A stretch of 64,000 bases of DNA from Octopus sinensis (GCF_006345805.1 NC_043002.1:30318001-30382000); one strand, 5' to 3'. Shown: positions 12,462-26,470, counted from the first letter of the stretch. Program-made: numbers and translations. Notes: a model not told the origin generated them from the letters alone.

Positions 12462-12864
12462 TTACTCTTTTACTTTTTTTATTACTCCAGTCATTTGACT
12501 GCGGCCATGCTGGAGCACTGCCTTTAGTCGAGCAAATCGACCCCAGGACGTATTCTTTGTAAGCCTAGTACTTATTCTATCGTTCTCTTTTTACGCTAAG
12601 TTAGGGAGACGTAAACACACCAGCATCGGTTGTCAAGCGATGTTGGAGGGACAAACACAGACGCACAAACACACACACATACATACACATACATATACAC
12701 GACGGGCTTCTTTCAGTTTCCGTCTACCGATCCACTCACAGCGCTCTGGTCGGCCCGAGGCTATAGTAGAAGACACTTGCACAAGCTGCCACGCAGTGGG
12801 ACGGAACCCGGAACCATGTGGTTGGTAAGCAAGCTACTTACCACACAGCCACTCCTGCGTCTAT
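12462..12864 (-). mobile_element. tRNA-derived SINE family A, near full length
   Basis: Reverse complement matches 52229-52643, including TGGCTGTGTGG (A box), the B-box region, the internal CA/TA tract and the tail. Confidence 0.9.
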
Positions 12865-12890
12865 GTGTGTGTGTGTGTGTGTATATATAT

Positions 12891-12924
<34 letters not shown>

Positions 12925-12973
12925 ACATATACATATATACATATACATATTCGTGAGTGTGTGTGTGTGTGTG

Positions 12974-13012
<39 letters not shown>

Positions 13013-13020
13013 TGTGTATA

Positions 13021-13874
13021 CACAAGGTGTCCCAAAAGGCACTCAGAGATTTCAATTTTAATAACTTCCTTAACTTTAGAAATAAACGTATGGAATTTTG
13101 TTACCATTTAAAGGATATAATGGAAATTTGTATGCACTAGTCAAATTTTGCAACGCCACTACATCACATGTGAAAAAGGACATCGCTTAAACGGTAGCTA
13201 TTTTCGGCTTCGCACGCCCGTGCTCTTTCCACAACTTGCACCACAACACCCTCAAGATTTCCTTCTTGATGTTCTCCTTCAGTAGCAACTTGGTCTCCGG
13301 CTTGTTGGCGTAAACCCTCTTATTTAGTATCCCCACAAGAAACAATCCGGGCTAGTCAAGTCTGGGGAATGTGAAGGCCAGCTGACATTGTCGTAGCGGG
13401 AGATTATTCTATCTCCGAAGCACTGCCGTAGCAACTGCATTGTTTCCCTTGCGATATGAGCAGTTGCCCCATCTTGCTGGAACTATGTGTGAGGTCTACA
13501 TTGAATGACCTTCACGTTATCCAGCCTTAACTAGGCCGGATTTTTTCTTGTGGGAATACCTGAAAGATAGGGTTTACGTCAACAAACCGGAGAACCCGGT
13601 GCAAATAAAGAACATCAATAAAACCAAGAAAAGGTGTCTGAAACTCTTGAGGATGTTATGGTGCAAGTTTTGGATAGAGCACGGGCGTGCGAAGCCGGAA
13701 ATGGCTGCCATTGCAGTGATGTCAATTTTCATATCTGATGTAGTGGTGCAGCAAAATTTCACTTCTGCTTATTAATTTCTATTATGTCCTTTATATTGGA
13801 TCAAATTTCATGCATTTATTTGTAAAGTTAAGAGGCTACTAAAAATTGAAACCCATCAGTGCCTTTTGGGACAC
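13021..13874. mobile_element. Tc1/mariner-derived fold-back element (two transposase 3' ends, head to head)
   Basis: TIR GTGTCCCAAAAGGCAC at 13027 and its reverse complement ending at 13874. Minus strand 13200-13540 gives FQQDGATAH...WPSHSPDLTSPDCFLWGY. Plus strand from 13530 gives FFLWEYLKDRVYVNKPE. Arms about 13021-13345 and 13535-13874 are inverted homologues. Confidence 0.8.
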
Positions 13875-13889
13875 ACAACAACGTAGTGC

Positions 13890-14201
13890 CAGTGCGTGAA
13901 CTATTGTCTTTGGGTCTTCTACTATAGTCTCGGGCCGACCAAAGCCTTGTGAGTGGATTTGGTAGGCGGAAAGCGAAATATATGTGTGTGTGTGTATGTT
14001 TGTGTATATCTCTCTGTGTGCCTGTGTTTGTCCCCTCTTCACCATTTGACGACCGGTTTTGGTGTGTTTACGTCCCAGTAACCTAGCAGTTCGGCAAAGA
14101 GACCGATAGAATAAGTACTAGGCTTTTAAAAAAATGACCTAATTCGATCAAAACTATTCAAGGTGGCACTCCAGTTAGATGACTGCAAACAAATAAAAGA
14201 A
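13890..14201 (+). mobile_element. SINE family A, 5'-truncated
   Basis: CTTCTACTATAG...CGGGCCGACCAAAGCCTTGTGAGTGGATTTGG...GATAGAATAAGTACTAGGCTT. Confidence 0.85.
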
Positions 14202-14340
14202 CGTATGTCACAAGAGCACATGTACACGTTCGCACACACACATTTATCCACATATATATCGCTTAGTAACACTCGTGAAAAAAAAAGGAGGTGGAAACGG
14301 GCTTTTAATACATAATTCCCTGTAACATTAGTTCTATTCA

Positions 14341-14710
14341 AGGCGATGAGCTAGCAGAGTGTTTAGCTATTTGAGCAAAATGCTTCACGGTATTTCGTCT
14401 GTCGTTACGTTGTGAGTTCAAATTCCGCCGAGGTTGACTTTGCCTTTCATCCTTTCGGGGTCGATTAATTAAGTACCAGTTACGCACTGGGGTCGATGTT
14501 ATCGACTTAATACCTATGTCTGTCCTTGTTTGTCCCCTCTATGGTTAGCCCCTTGTGGGTAATAAAGAAATATGTATTTCGTCCGTCTTTACGTTCTCAG
14601 TTCAAATACCGGTGAGGTCGACTTCGCCTTTCACAATTTAGTGGTCGATGAAATAAGTTCTATCTGAAAGTTGGGGCCGAAATTGTTGTCCTTCTGCTAA
14701 AATTCGAAGC
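14341..14710 (+). mobile_element. SINE family B, full unit plus second partial unit
   Basis: Unit 1 is 14341-14571; unit 2 restarts at GTATTTCGTCCG (about 14574). Confidence 0.85.
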
Positions 14711-14771
14711 AAATATTTGTTCCGCACAAAACTACGAAGTCGATATTATTGTCATGACAATTAGAAATATA

Positions 14772-15020
14772 TATTTCTTTACTACCCACAAGGGACTAAA
14801 CACAGAGGGGACAAACAAAGATAGACAAACGGATTAAGTCGATTATATCGACCCCAGTGCGTAAATGGTACTTATTTAATCGACCCCGAAACGATAAAAG
14901 GCAAAGTCGATCTCGGCGGAATTTGAACTCAGAACGTAACGGCAGACGAAATACGGCTACGCATTTCGCCCGGCTACGCATTTCTCCCGGCATGCTAACG
15001 TTTCTGCCAGCTCGCCGCCT
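14772..15020 (-). mobile_element. SINE family B with 17-bp target-site duplication
   Basis: TGACAATTAGAAATATA (14755-14771) and TGACCATTAGAAATATA (15021-15037) flank a complete unit. Confidence 0.9.
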
Positions 15021-15705
15021 TGACCATTAGAAATATAGTGAATCAGTGACCAATCGTTGGTAATATACAATAAACGACGCTATAGTTCACAATCTGCGTT
15101 AAAAATCTCATACGTAGATATATCCTCTTTGAGAACTGACCATGGCCCAAAGAAGAACAATGATAAACACAACAACAATAGTAGCAGCACCATCACTAAA
15201 ATAACTACCAAGTTACAGTAGAACCACAGCTACTGCCAATGCTAACACCAAAAACCAGTATTATTAGTATCAGCATCGACCCGCGTTCTCTCTCTCTTTC
15301 GCTCTTTCTTTCTTTGGTTGTTTGTTTGTTGGTTTCCTTCTTTCTCTCATAATCTCCCTCTCTCTTTTCTGTCATACTCTCTCTATCTCTTCTTGTCATA
15401 ATCTCTCTTTTTCTCTCACTCCTTCTTCCTCTTTCTCTCCCCTCTCTCCCTTTCTCTTTCTTTGTCTCTCTCTCTCATTCTCTCTCTCTCTTCATCTCTG
15501 ATTCTCTCTTTCACAACGAAAGGGATCGCCGTAGTTTCTGATATGTTAATATCTCTTGTCACTAAGTGTGTGTGTGTGTGTGTGTGTGTTGGTATGTGTA
15601 TATTTGAATGTGTGCGTTTATATATATATATGTATACACACATATACGTATATATACTGGTATGCATATATACACATACATAATTGTGCTATATGTGTGT
15701 GTGCA

Positions 15706-15706
15706 T

Positions 15707-15764
<58 letters not shown>

Positions 15765-16052
15765 AATCTCTCTCTCTCTCTCTCTCTCTCTCCCCCTCTC
15801 TCTCTCTCTCGCTCTCTCTCTCTATATATATATATAGATATAGATATATATACACATACATATATATATATATATACACATATATATATATACATATATA
15901 TATATATGCATATATATATATATACATGAAAGAACATATATTGGCAAATATATTTAAATGTTCATAAATACAAACACACACACATATATATATGCGTGTG
16001 TGTGTATACACATACACGCGTGCATATATATATGTATATATATATGTATATG

Positions 16053-16090
<38 letters not shown>
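15706..16090. repeat. Compound (TATC)n/(TC)n/(TA)n microsatellite
   Basis: Direct. Confidence 0.9.
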
Positions 16091-16521
16091 TATAAACCCA
16101 TAAATAGACATATTTCTGCGTATATTTCATACATGTATATGTATATGTATGTATGAGTACGTGTGTTTAAGTGTGTATGTGTATGTTTGTGAGTATTTAT
16201 ATCAATGTCACTTGTGTAAGTGGAGGGCGTGATTATGTTGCATGATACCTCCTCATCTGTTGGTTCTTTGGTCTCTGACATTTCCCAGAGAGTGCCAAAT
16301 TTAGGTATGACATTTCTACCCTTTCTTTAGAGCTGTTCCTAAACAGGGGGACTGGAAATCGGCAAATAATTAACTCTATTATCTCGGCTTGTATATGAAA
16401 CTATATCTAACTTAAGTATGTACGTATAAATGTATGATGTATGTTTGTGTGTTTGTATTATCATATCATATGTATACATATATACGTACATACATACTTA
16501 TATATATATATATATTATATA

Positions 16522-16581
<60 letters not shown>

Positions 16582-16703
16582 TATACATATATATATACAT
16601 TATACATACATTTATATATAATATATATCTACATAGGTATGCATGTTATATGAATATTTATATAGTACATACATATTTGCATATATGTATATATATTATA
16701 TAT

Positions 16704-16735
<32 letters not shown>

Positions 16736-16761
16736 ATATATTATATATATATGTATATATG

Positions 16762-16792
<31 letters not shown>

Positions 16793-16944
16793 GTGTGTGT
16801 GTGTGTTGTATATACACATACACAAATATATACACGTATATAAATGGGTGTGCCTGTCAGCCATAAACTGTAGATTTCATACGTTAATATGTGTATGTGT
16901 GTATGCGTGAGAATGTATATCTGTATTTGTATTCTTTATTAATC

Positions 16945-17333
16945 TTTTATACTTTTATATGTTTCCGTCATTTCACCGGAGCCAAGCTGGAGCACCGCTT
17001 TTTAGTCGAAGAAATCGACCCCCTGTCAAATTCTTTATAAGACTGGTACTTATTCTATTGGTTTATTCCATCGAACCACTAAGTTACTGGGACGTAAACA
17101 CACCAGCATCGGCTGTCAAGCCATGATGGTGGGGGGGGACATACACAGACTCAAACACACACACAAAATATATACATATATATACAACGGGCTTCTTTCA
17201 GTTTCAGTCTACCAAATCTACTCCCAAGGTTTCGGTCCGCCCGAGGCTATAGATGATATTTTTCCACGGCGCCACGCAATGGGACTGAACCCGGAACCAT
17301 GTGGTTGGGAAGGAAGCTTCTTACCATACAGCA
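16945..17333 (-). mobile_element. SINE family A
   Basis: Aligns with the 12462-12864 and 20041-20498 copies. Confidence 0.85.
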
Positions 17334-18092
17334 ATATATATACATATCAAAAGAATGTGTTATAATGCTATTTATTCCACATATACATAACAGCCTTACC
17401 AACAATCCAACATATATCCATCAATAGCTGCCCCGCGGATTTCATTATGGTTTCGACACCTGAGCAGTATCATTCAATCCGCCGGTGTGGACATCACTAA
17501 AATAAGTGTTGTTTGGGAACAACCACACCAAAGAAACTACAACTTTCAAACACGCTGTGATGAGTGTTTAGTATATCAAGCCCTCAAAACAATTTGGCAG
17601 AGACTGGCGTACTTCACGAAGCATAAAACAACTGTCTTTAATTGGGCCCCGCACTTTTTAACGACAGCCCTGGTTGTAGTATTGGTGGTAGCGTTGGAGT
17701 TGACAAATATGATGGTGATTATGAAGGTATATTTAGTAGTGATGGCGGTGAAAAGCGGTGAATTATCAGAAACGTAAGAATGGCATTTAATTGTGTCAAA
17801 AATGTTTTCCCCACTATACAAATCGGTAAATATTATACAGACCATCCTTTTAATATAAGTCTGTTGCAAGCACTGGCTGGGGAAAGAAATTTGCCTAGGG
17901 AGTGCAAACCCAGGTCAAAAATATTTACAAACGAGGTCTTATTTTATTTTTTGTTATTTTTGTGTTTTGTTCTTTGAGAAGGAATCTAACTTCAAGCTAC
18001 TTTTTACACATCGCTTTTTATTTACCGTTTTCTAAACCTGAGAAAAATAAGTAGGGCTGCAAATTTTGGTTCTGCACTCCGCAAAAATTCTA

Positions 18093-18137
18093 GGGGGTGC
18101 GCTTGCACCACCTGCACCCCCTGTTCCCGGGCTCATG
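18093..18137 (-). mobile_element. GC-rich hairpin, possible DNA-transposon or MITE terminus
   Basis: GGGGGTGC...GCACCCCC 8-bp stem in an AT-rich context; no matching second terminus found. Confidence 0.25.
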
Positions 18138-18219
18138 GTTGCAAGTGCGTATATACATTTAATTCTTGCCTACTTAAACATTGCATGAATAAGTAAATGT
18201 TTTGCTTGCCGATATATAT

Positions 18220-18504
18220 ATGAAATTTTTACATCTCCAGCATTGAGAGATTCATCGTCACTGTTCAAAGTCAGTGTAGTTCTCCATGATCTCATGCTTA
18301 CATTTTGGACGTTTTACCGAGTAGGTGCTATTTTATAAATCCGCAGACATTCCTTAATCCAGCTATCTGGTAGACTATCAAAAGATTTTTATTATATTCT
18401 ATCCAAGCTATCGACATGCTCTTGTGTTGTTTGTGACAATCGTTGAAGATCATCTTATTGAGGAGTAGCTGAACTTTACAACCATACGGCCGATGTTTAC
18501 ATTC
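18220..18504 (-). pseudogene. R4/Dong-type (RLE non-LTR) reverse transcriptase fragment
   Basis: Manual translation: PYGCKVQLLLNKMIFNDCHKQHKSMSIAWIEYNK (frameshift) FDSLPDSWIKECLRIYKI...MRSWRTTLTL, matching the WIDYKKAFDSVPH motif of this RT group. Confidence 0.7.
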
Positions 18505-18514
18505 TTTTTGCTCA

Positions 18515-18596
18515 AGATGGCGAGCTCGTAGAAACGTTAGCTCGCCGGGCGAAATGCTTAGCAGTATTTCGTCTGTCTTTACGTTCTGAGTTCAAT
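18515..18596 (+). mobile_element. SINE family B head fragment
   Basis: GGCGAGCTCGTAGAAACGTTAGCTCGCCGGGCGAAATGC...GTTCTGAGTTCAA. Confidence 0.8.
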
Positions 18597-19047
18597 TGGC
18601 CCTTTATCATCTTGTATGAGCAATACCAAATGTTTTCATGCACTACGTACCTGATGAGAAACTCAGACACTTCTATGTCTCTTGCGAAGGACGTAATTGA
18701 CTTGGAGGGATCATTGTCAATGGTGGCCTAGATCTCACCAATAAATTCAGGAGTTCATTTCTCATCAGATCGATCAGAGTGCGACTTATCCAACTCTTTC
18801 CGAATCCTCTATTCTGTGCTCAGATTGATACCCAAACACTCTAAAATGTTCGCATTAGATCTTCCGGCGCGACTGCAAAGCAGTACAGCATATCGTTTGG
18901 AAATTACTGGCAGAGTGAATTGCGTCAGGGTGGTGTTTTCTTTTCACTGACGGTGCCCAACTAATACTGCATAGTCAACAATATCAGATACCAACAATGT
19001 TCATGCACGAAATAAAAAATATATAATGGCGACTATTTACCCATCAC
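18597..19047 (-). mobile_element. Tc1/mariner 5' fragment (transposase N-terminal HTH region)
   Basis: Manual translation ...DRSDEK*TPEFIGEI*ATIDNDPSKSITSFARDIEVSEFLIRYVVHENIWYCSYKMIKGQ; terminus-like GTGATGGGTAAATAGTCG at the upstream end. Confidence 0.65.
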
Positions 19048-20040
19048 AAATTGTATATATATATGTGTGGTGTGGCGTGTGTGTGTGTGTGTGTGTGTGT
19101 TGTGTGTGGTGTGTGTGTGTGTGTGTGCGGTGTGTGTGTGTATATTTATATATATATGTATATATATGTGTAATATATTATATATATATATATTATATAT
19201 ATATATATATATATTATATATAATATATATATATAAATACGTACTCGCAAACACTTATGCATCCATGCATCCACCCCTCCCCATAAATACATACACACAC
19301 ATATATAGAGAGAGAGAGGAGAGAGAGAAGAAGAGAGAGAGGAGGAGAGAGAAACAACACCAAGATATCAACGAAACATAATTTATCGTTAATCTAACCA
19401 AACCGACCGCAACACACATTACATCACCTCCTAAAGCAGCATTAATAATTATATAACGAATTAGCAATAAAGTTCAATCCTGAAATCCTTGGAATAAACT
19501 TTATATAGCATATACCTACATTTACATGTGTGTATGCTTGTCTATGTGTGTAATTAAGTAATAACGTTTATGTTATGTAATTAATGATTATTAATGATTA
19601 TAACCATTAGATTAAACAGACAAATATTACAGTCACGCCAGTTGAGCATACTTCTAGTCTGCAATATGGCGGAAGAACAACAGAAGCAATTCATTTTGGG
19701 GTGCTACTATACGTGGGAAGTTAATCTGCTCGAAATAGGAGCCAAGTTTCTTTCATATCAAGACACATCGTAATTCATGAAGGACAAACTAAATAGTATA
19801 ATCGTAAAGCGCGCTAGTGTATTCCTGAACTAAAGCTCTAAGACAGTGAAGTAAACCGAAATGAATACCACGGGGTATTTGTTTCGGTTTAATTCACAAT
19901 GAATTCAAATAACTCCGAGTGCAACTCTACCTTTCGTTTTCTCAATAAAATACTTTTATAGATTCTCCTCTCTCTCTCTCCTTTCTCCCCTTCAGTTCAT
20001 TTACCTATGTTCGCTTTTGTGAATGTGGTGCACATCTTTA

Positions 20041-20257
20041 CTCTTTTATTCTTTTATTTGTTTCAGTTATTTGACTGTAGCCATGCTGGAGCACCGCCTT
20101 TAGTCGAGTAAATCGACCCCCATGACTTATTCTTTGTAAGCCTAGTACTTAATCTATCGTTCACTTTTGCCGAACCGCTATTTTACGGGGACGTAAACAA
20201 ACCAGCATCGGTTGTCAAGCGATGTTGGGGGGACAAACATAGACACACAAACATACG

Positions 20258-20311
<54 letters not shown>

Positions 20312-20498
20312 TATATATATAATACATATATACGACGGGCTTCTTTCAGTTTCCGTCTACCAAATCCACTCACACGGATTTGGTCAGCCCGAGGCTATAG
20401 TAGACGACACTTGCCCAAGTTTCCACGCAGTGGGAGTGAACCCGGAACCATGTGGTTCGTAAGCAAGCTACTTACCACACAGCCACTCCTACGCCCAT
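20041..20498 (-). mobile_element. SINE family A, full length with expanded internal (CA)n
   Basis: Aligns with 52229-52643. Confidence 0.9.
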
Positions 20499-20749
20499 AG
20501 TATAAATTCCTAGCAGCTCTCAACTTCCTTCTTCGTTTTCATTTCTGCTGAAGACATTCAACGAGAGTGCAACTGAACATCCGATACATCAAACCAATCT
20601 GCTTTAGAGAATAAAATCTCACCAGTATTCTATCGCCCCCTACCGGTAGTCTCGTGATCTGGGATTCATAGGACCTGTTACCCGGTTTCCGTGGTCTGTA
20701 TGTGACAGACATCACAATAATTCGAACGAGACATGGATCTATCGGAGGG

Positions 20750-20880
20750 CTACTCATTTGCAGCTGAGTGGAGAGGAGAAACGTGAAGGGAAGTGTTTTG
20801 CACAACAAGAAAAGGACCCACGGCTCTTGGAATCGAAACCGTGATCTATCGTGCAAAATGCTAATCACTGTGTCATAGGT
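20750..20880 (-). mobile_element. Decayed tRNA-derived SINE head
   Basis: Reverse complement has GGTTTCGATTCC (B box) and CACTTCCCTTCACGTTTCTCCTCTCCACTCAGCTG. Confidence 0.55.
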
Positions 20881-21107
20881 CTTCATTCTTCTCGTGCTGA
20901 CTAATTATCTTCCTAAAAAAAAAAAGAAAAAAAGAATTAGGGATGAATGAAACAGAGTTTAAGGAAAGAGAAATACTTGATATGAAGGCAAGTGTATCTG
21001 GAAGTGATCGTCACGAGTATGAATATACAAGATACTTCTTACACCAGTGTCTTTCACTATAACTACATATGTGTATGTGTGCGGATGTATGTGTGTTTGG
21101 GTGTGTG

Positions 21108-21181
<74 letters not shown>

Positions 21182-21700
21182 GTGTGTAATCGATTTGTTA
21201 CACTCTTTCGCTGGAAGTCGTTGAGTGCAGTTTAAAAAGGATAATTCGTCTGAGAGCTTAACCTTCACAATGCCCGATCTGTTGCGTCATTCACCTCCTG
21301 TTTCTCCCTCTCTCTTTCTCTTTTTCCATACTTTTACATAATATATCTACTCACCATCATCACCACCACATCCACCAATATTGACTTCAGTCTGTCTCAC
21401 TTTCTGTGTTATTGTTGATCCTCCAACTCCATGATCTATAATTGCCTAATATACTTGCCTCTTTGCCAATTACTTCTGGGACTTAAAAACAAAAGTTTCT
21501 TAAACTTAGCTCGTCCCGTCCGTTTCTTTCTCTCAGACTCTTTCACTATTGATCTCTCTCCCTCTCTTTCTCTCTCTCACGCACATACCCAATTGCTCTC
21601 TCTCTCTCTCTTTCTCTTTCTAACTCTTTTCTCGTCAGTTATGATAATTTGTTCTCACAATCTCTTACAATCTGGCTCAATCATCAACTCCCGCTGTCCT

Positions 21701-21736
<36 letters not shown>

Positions 21737-21874
21737 TTCTCTGACTCTCTCTCTCTCTCTCTCTCTCTTCCTCGCGTTTCAGGAACAAACTTAGGCTACA
21801 GAACAACAGTAATAAAGCTAAGTATATCAGATGTACAATTTGCGATGGTCATTCTTCTTATGAGCGAAATAGAA

Positions 21875-21915
<41 letters not shown>

Positions 21916-23340
21916 TATATATATATATATATATATATATGTTCCTCCAAACTACTTTTGCTCTAAATTGATATTTCCTCTCCATTCTCGCTACTCGTCT
22001 ATTTACCGACGTCTCTATCACACTCTTCTCATATATCTAAATATATATAAAATTTTTCCGGTTGACATATTGAAATGTAATCGTTTTTATCCGGGCCTCT
22101 TCCTCTCTGTGTAACAGACTGTTTTTATTGGGACAGTTTCTGGTACTAAAATGGAGGGAGAAAAGATTTTATAAAACTACCTCACCTTAATCGTATTGCT
22201 ATTAGAGTCTTTATGATAAATATAATTTATTAGATAATACATATATTATTACATCACCACCACAACCAACACGAATACTCAAAACAATTTTGCCACGGCT
22301 TTAAAGCTAAAGAAAAAGATCATGTCATTTTCCAAAGAAGAACTGCTTGCCTGCAAGGCAATGTTTGAAAAAGACGAACACCCCATGCAACTACAGCCAC
22401 CACAAATATATTAAAAGATATACAGCTAATAAGGTCTCCGGCATTATAAGTTAAAATTTATTAAAAAAGAAATGAATTACAGAGTGGAATATATCTAACG
22501 TTGACTTCCGAATTGGATACTCCTACCCGGCACGGCACACGTCTATGCCTTGTCGACCAGTTTTTCGATGACCAGTTTTTCTGTAAATAATATATTATAT
22601 ACAATATTGCAGACTTATTATCAATGTACAAAATGTTCATGCTACATTTCTTTCATTATTGTTCGAGATGAGCAAACTTAAACAAAATGTAACATTTTTT
22701 AAGGTACAACTTGCTGTAAAACGTATATATGTGTGTGCGGGTGTTTGTAGGTGGGTCGGTATGCGTGTTAGTTTCTTACTGTATGTACGTTTGTGTGTAT
22801 GAATGCATACATATATACATATATATATATGGGGGTAGGTATAGTATATATGTACATGTGTATATGGTAATGTCATACATATACTTACATACACACAGAG
22901 ACATATATATGTATTTGAATATATATACATACTTACATATCAGTAAGATACAGGAGAGAGGGCGAGATTGAGACTAAAGTTGGAAGTGATATACATTCGT
23001 ATGCATATTTAGATTCGAAGTTTCTTCTAAACACATGGGAACCTGAGCAATATGAAAGACAAACTACCACTGGATATGCAGCTCAACTGATATGCGCTGA
23101 TCAAACAGAATATTTTGCCTGTTGTTGTAGTATATATTGGCATTATTTTACTGGCTACAGCACAGTCATATATCTATTCCGTTAATGCTAATCAACATAT
23201 TTCATATAAACATGATAACGTACGTATGAGTGTATGTATGTATTTGAACACACTCATATATATATATATATATATATGTATAAATATCATACACATATAT
23301 ACAAACATATGGAAGTAATAAATACTTATCATAAATATAC

Positions 23341-23387
<47 letters not shown>

Positions 23388-24111
23388 GGTAATAATACAT
23401 ATGATATATATATCATTACGTATATATGCCATTAAACAAGACACGGAGAAACACATACAGGTATGTGTGCGGTAGACAGCGTATGGCTGCGACAATCTGC
23501 GAATGATGCGATGCTTTACAAAATTCCATACATATTTAAATGCATCCGTGAAACAGTGGCGACCGTGTGAGCGGTTTTCCATTAAAAATGGCGATTTGCC
23601 ATTGCTTGCATTGGTTCGAATTTTGGCACAAAAGGGACAGTGCAGCTGTATAGGGGATACACTGCCCAATTCATTATATACAAGTATATATTTCTATATT
23701 TGTGAATTTCTTTCTCCATATCATATTATATTTGCATTTCTATGTGAAAGAAATATCATTGACAGCCTGTGGTCTTCTACAGCTTAAATCTATTTACGTT
23801 GGTGGACTTTATTAATATGTATTTTCCTTGTCCATGCTATACAATGCTTCCAACACTTGTATTTATATTTCTGTCATTTTAGATGGTCTTTTTTCACTAT
23901 ATGTGTGTATGTGTGTGTTTGTGTGTTTGTGTATGAATGCCTGTGAGTATGTGCTCATACGTACATGCACACGGTCTAACAACTACCTATACATATTCCT
24001 ATCTACAAATGCTATATATATATATATATATATAATATATATATAATATATATATAAACATATATGTATACACGCATTAGAAATATACACATATGAATAT
24101 ATATGTATGAT

Positions 24112-24169
<58 letters not shown>

Positions 24170-24324
24170 GTAAATACAAGAAGATATTTCTTTGCTTTGT
24201 TATCGGCAAAAAAACTTAACTTTGTAGAAGTATAAGAAGTTTTCCACTATTTGAAATCTTTCCTGAACAATATGCAAATAATCAGCCAATGTACAGCGTA
24301 TCTATCATTTAGTCATGCTTTTTT

Positions 24325-24358
24325 ACTCTCTCTCTCTATCTGTCTATCTATCTATCTG

Positions 24359-24438
<80 letters not shown>

Positions 24439-24450
24439 TTATCTATCTAT
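24325..24450. repeat. (TATC)n microsatellite
   Basis: Direct. Confidence 0.95.
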
Positions 24451-24459
24451 AGAGTATTC

Positions 24460-26040
24460 TGCAGGACCGTGGATAGTGTAGGTTGTCCACAATTCCGTAT
24501 AGTCAGCTACATAGATCACAAATTTGTGATTTGTACACTTGACTTAGTTAAGACATATACGCAGGGTTCCGATTACTGGAAGCTGAACGCGTCGTTCAAG
24601 GAACACCAGGCTGTCAGGGACCAGATTAGCACATTAGTTAAGAGAGCATTGACGGGCGCCATCGTCTACAATAGATGGTGGTATGCCCTAAAAAGCAATT
24701 AAAGTAGACATGGTTAGGTGCAGTAAGGCCCTAGTATTAGACCAAAATAGAATAGAGCGAGATCTAGTTAAGAAATTAGAAGAGGCACTTAGAATTGACA
24801 TCGCGTCCAACGTACTGGTGGTGGGTTTGACCCTTGACCAACACTTCAACGCCAAACACGAAAGATGCGTTGTAAGAGCTAGAATGCGTGCTCTGAGGAA
24901 CAAAGGAGTTGGAGCCGCCCGAGAGGCCCGAGATGCGCAACGAAGCAACAAAACTACCATTACGTCTCTGACAGATGAGCAGGGGCGCCAATTACTCGAG
25001 CCTGAAAGAATGAGTGAGGCTTTTCAACAACACTTTGCCCGACTGTTCGGGACAACTGGTAGGTCAGAACGCAGTATGGACTCTAGTACCTACCTGCATA
25101 GCCTGCCATGACTCTCACTAAGAGACCCGGAGTGTTGTGAAAGATCCATCACAGTCGGGGACGTACGGGAAGCGATGGTAGGCTGTGCGGGAGACAAGTC
25201 GCCACGCTTCGATGGTCTGCCCTACGTACTTTATTGTCATATGCCAGACTTGTTTGGAGACGTCTTGGCAGCTGTCTACTGCAACTGGCAGCAAAACGAG
25301 AGTATCCCCGTTTCTGTAAAGGAAGGAGCGGTGGCACAACTAAAGAAAGATCCAAACAAGGAGAACGTCACTCAACCCATCACTCAACTTCAGATTTGAA
25401 GATTTTGGCCAAGGTGTTAGCCGAGAGGTTGTCGCTTGTCATCGAAAAACTGGTCGACAAGGCATAAAGGTATGCCATGCCGGGTAGGAGTATCCACGAC
25501 AACCTCCATCTGATGCACTACATCATATACAGGGTAGTTAAAAACCATGGCATGGATGGGGCGCTGATCAATTTGGATCAATCAACAGCTTTTGTTAGCG
25601 TAGACCATCGCTACTTTGAGGCTGTCCTTAAAGCGGTTGGTTTCGTTTCCGTCTTCCGTGGTTGCATCGCTGCCTTTTACAGCGGCATCTACACGGTAGT
25701 TCGCGTAAATGGTCACCTGTCAAGACCATTTAATATCATGCATTCTGTTCGTCAAAGATGCCCCTCTCGGCGTTTCTGTACGTATTGACTCTTGATCCAC
25801 TACTGATGAAGCTGGCGACGCTGAGGGATATTCCGCAAGCGCTGGGATGCGGGATGAGCGTGTCTTCATACGCGGACGACATCACCGTGATCGTGTCGAG
25901 CCACGGGCATATCGACCTGGTCAGAGAGACACTAAAAGAATACTAAGCAGTAACAGGAGCAAAAAATAACCGAGAAAAGTCAGTGGGCTTGCGGCTCGGC
26001 ACCTGGAGGAGCCAGCCCGTGCCTACCAACTGCGTCTCCA
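24460..26040 (+). pseudogene. Tx1/L1-clade LINE ORF2 fragment (end of APE domain through RT), disrupted
   Basis: ORF pieces: GSDYWKLNAS (post-endonuclease motif), KSPRFDGLPY, LKILAKVLAERL, PGRSIHDNL, LINLDQSTAF, VRQRCPLSAFLY, SYADDITVIV; several stops and frameshifts. Confidence 0.9.
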
Positions 26041-26290
26041 TTGGTTCAATAGTCATAATTCTTTTTATTACTGTAGCAATACCTCTAATTCACTGAGTCA
26101 TTCTTCTTTTACGTGCCCTCTGTCTCTGTCCCCTTCTACAAGTGCGTGAGGTATCTACACACCTTCTAATTTTTATATTTTTCACTTCCTCTCCGTCACT
26201 CTCAAAAATGGTGACATTCATATATGTGTATGTGTGTGTGTATGTGTGTGTGTGTGTGTGTGCGTGTGTGTGTGTGTATGCATTATGTAT

Positions 26291-26470
26291 GTATGTATAT
26301 ATCTATACAGTCGCAGACTTGGCCGTGTGGTATGGAGTTTCATTCTTCTCGACATTATTCCGGATTCAGTTTCACTGCATGGTACCTTGGGCAATTGTCT
26401 TCTACTATGGCCCCAGGCAGACCGAAAACTTCTGTGTACATTTGTTAGGCAGAAACTGAAAGAAGCACTT
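26291..26470 (+). mobile_element. SINE family A, 5' half, decayed
   Basis: GGCCGTGTGG...GGATTCAGTTTCACTGCATGGTACCTTGGGCAA...GAAACTGAAAGAAGC. Confidence 0.7.

Noticed and set aside
18651-18680. CTGATGA-GAAAC hammerhead-like words
   Set aside because: This is the antisense of the transposase codons SEFLIR, and there is no room for stem II.
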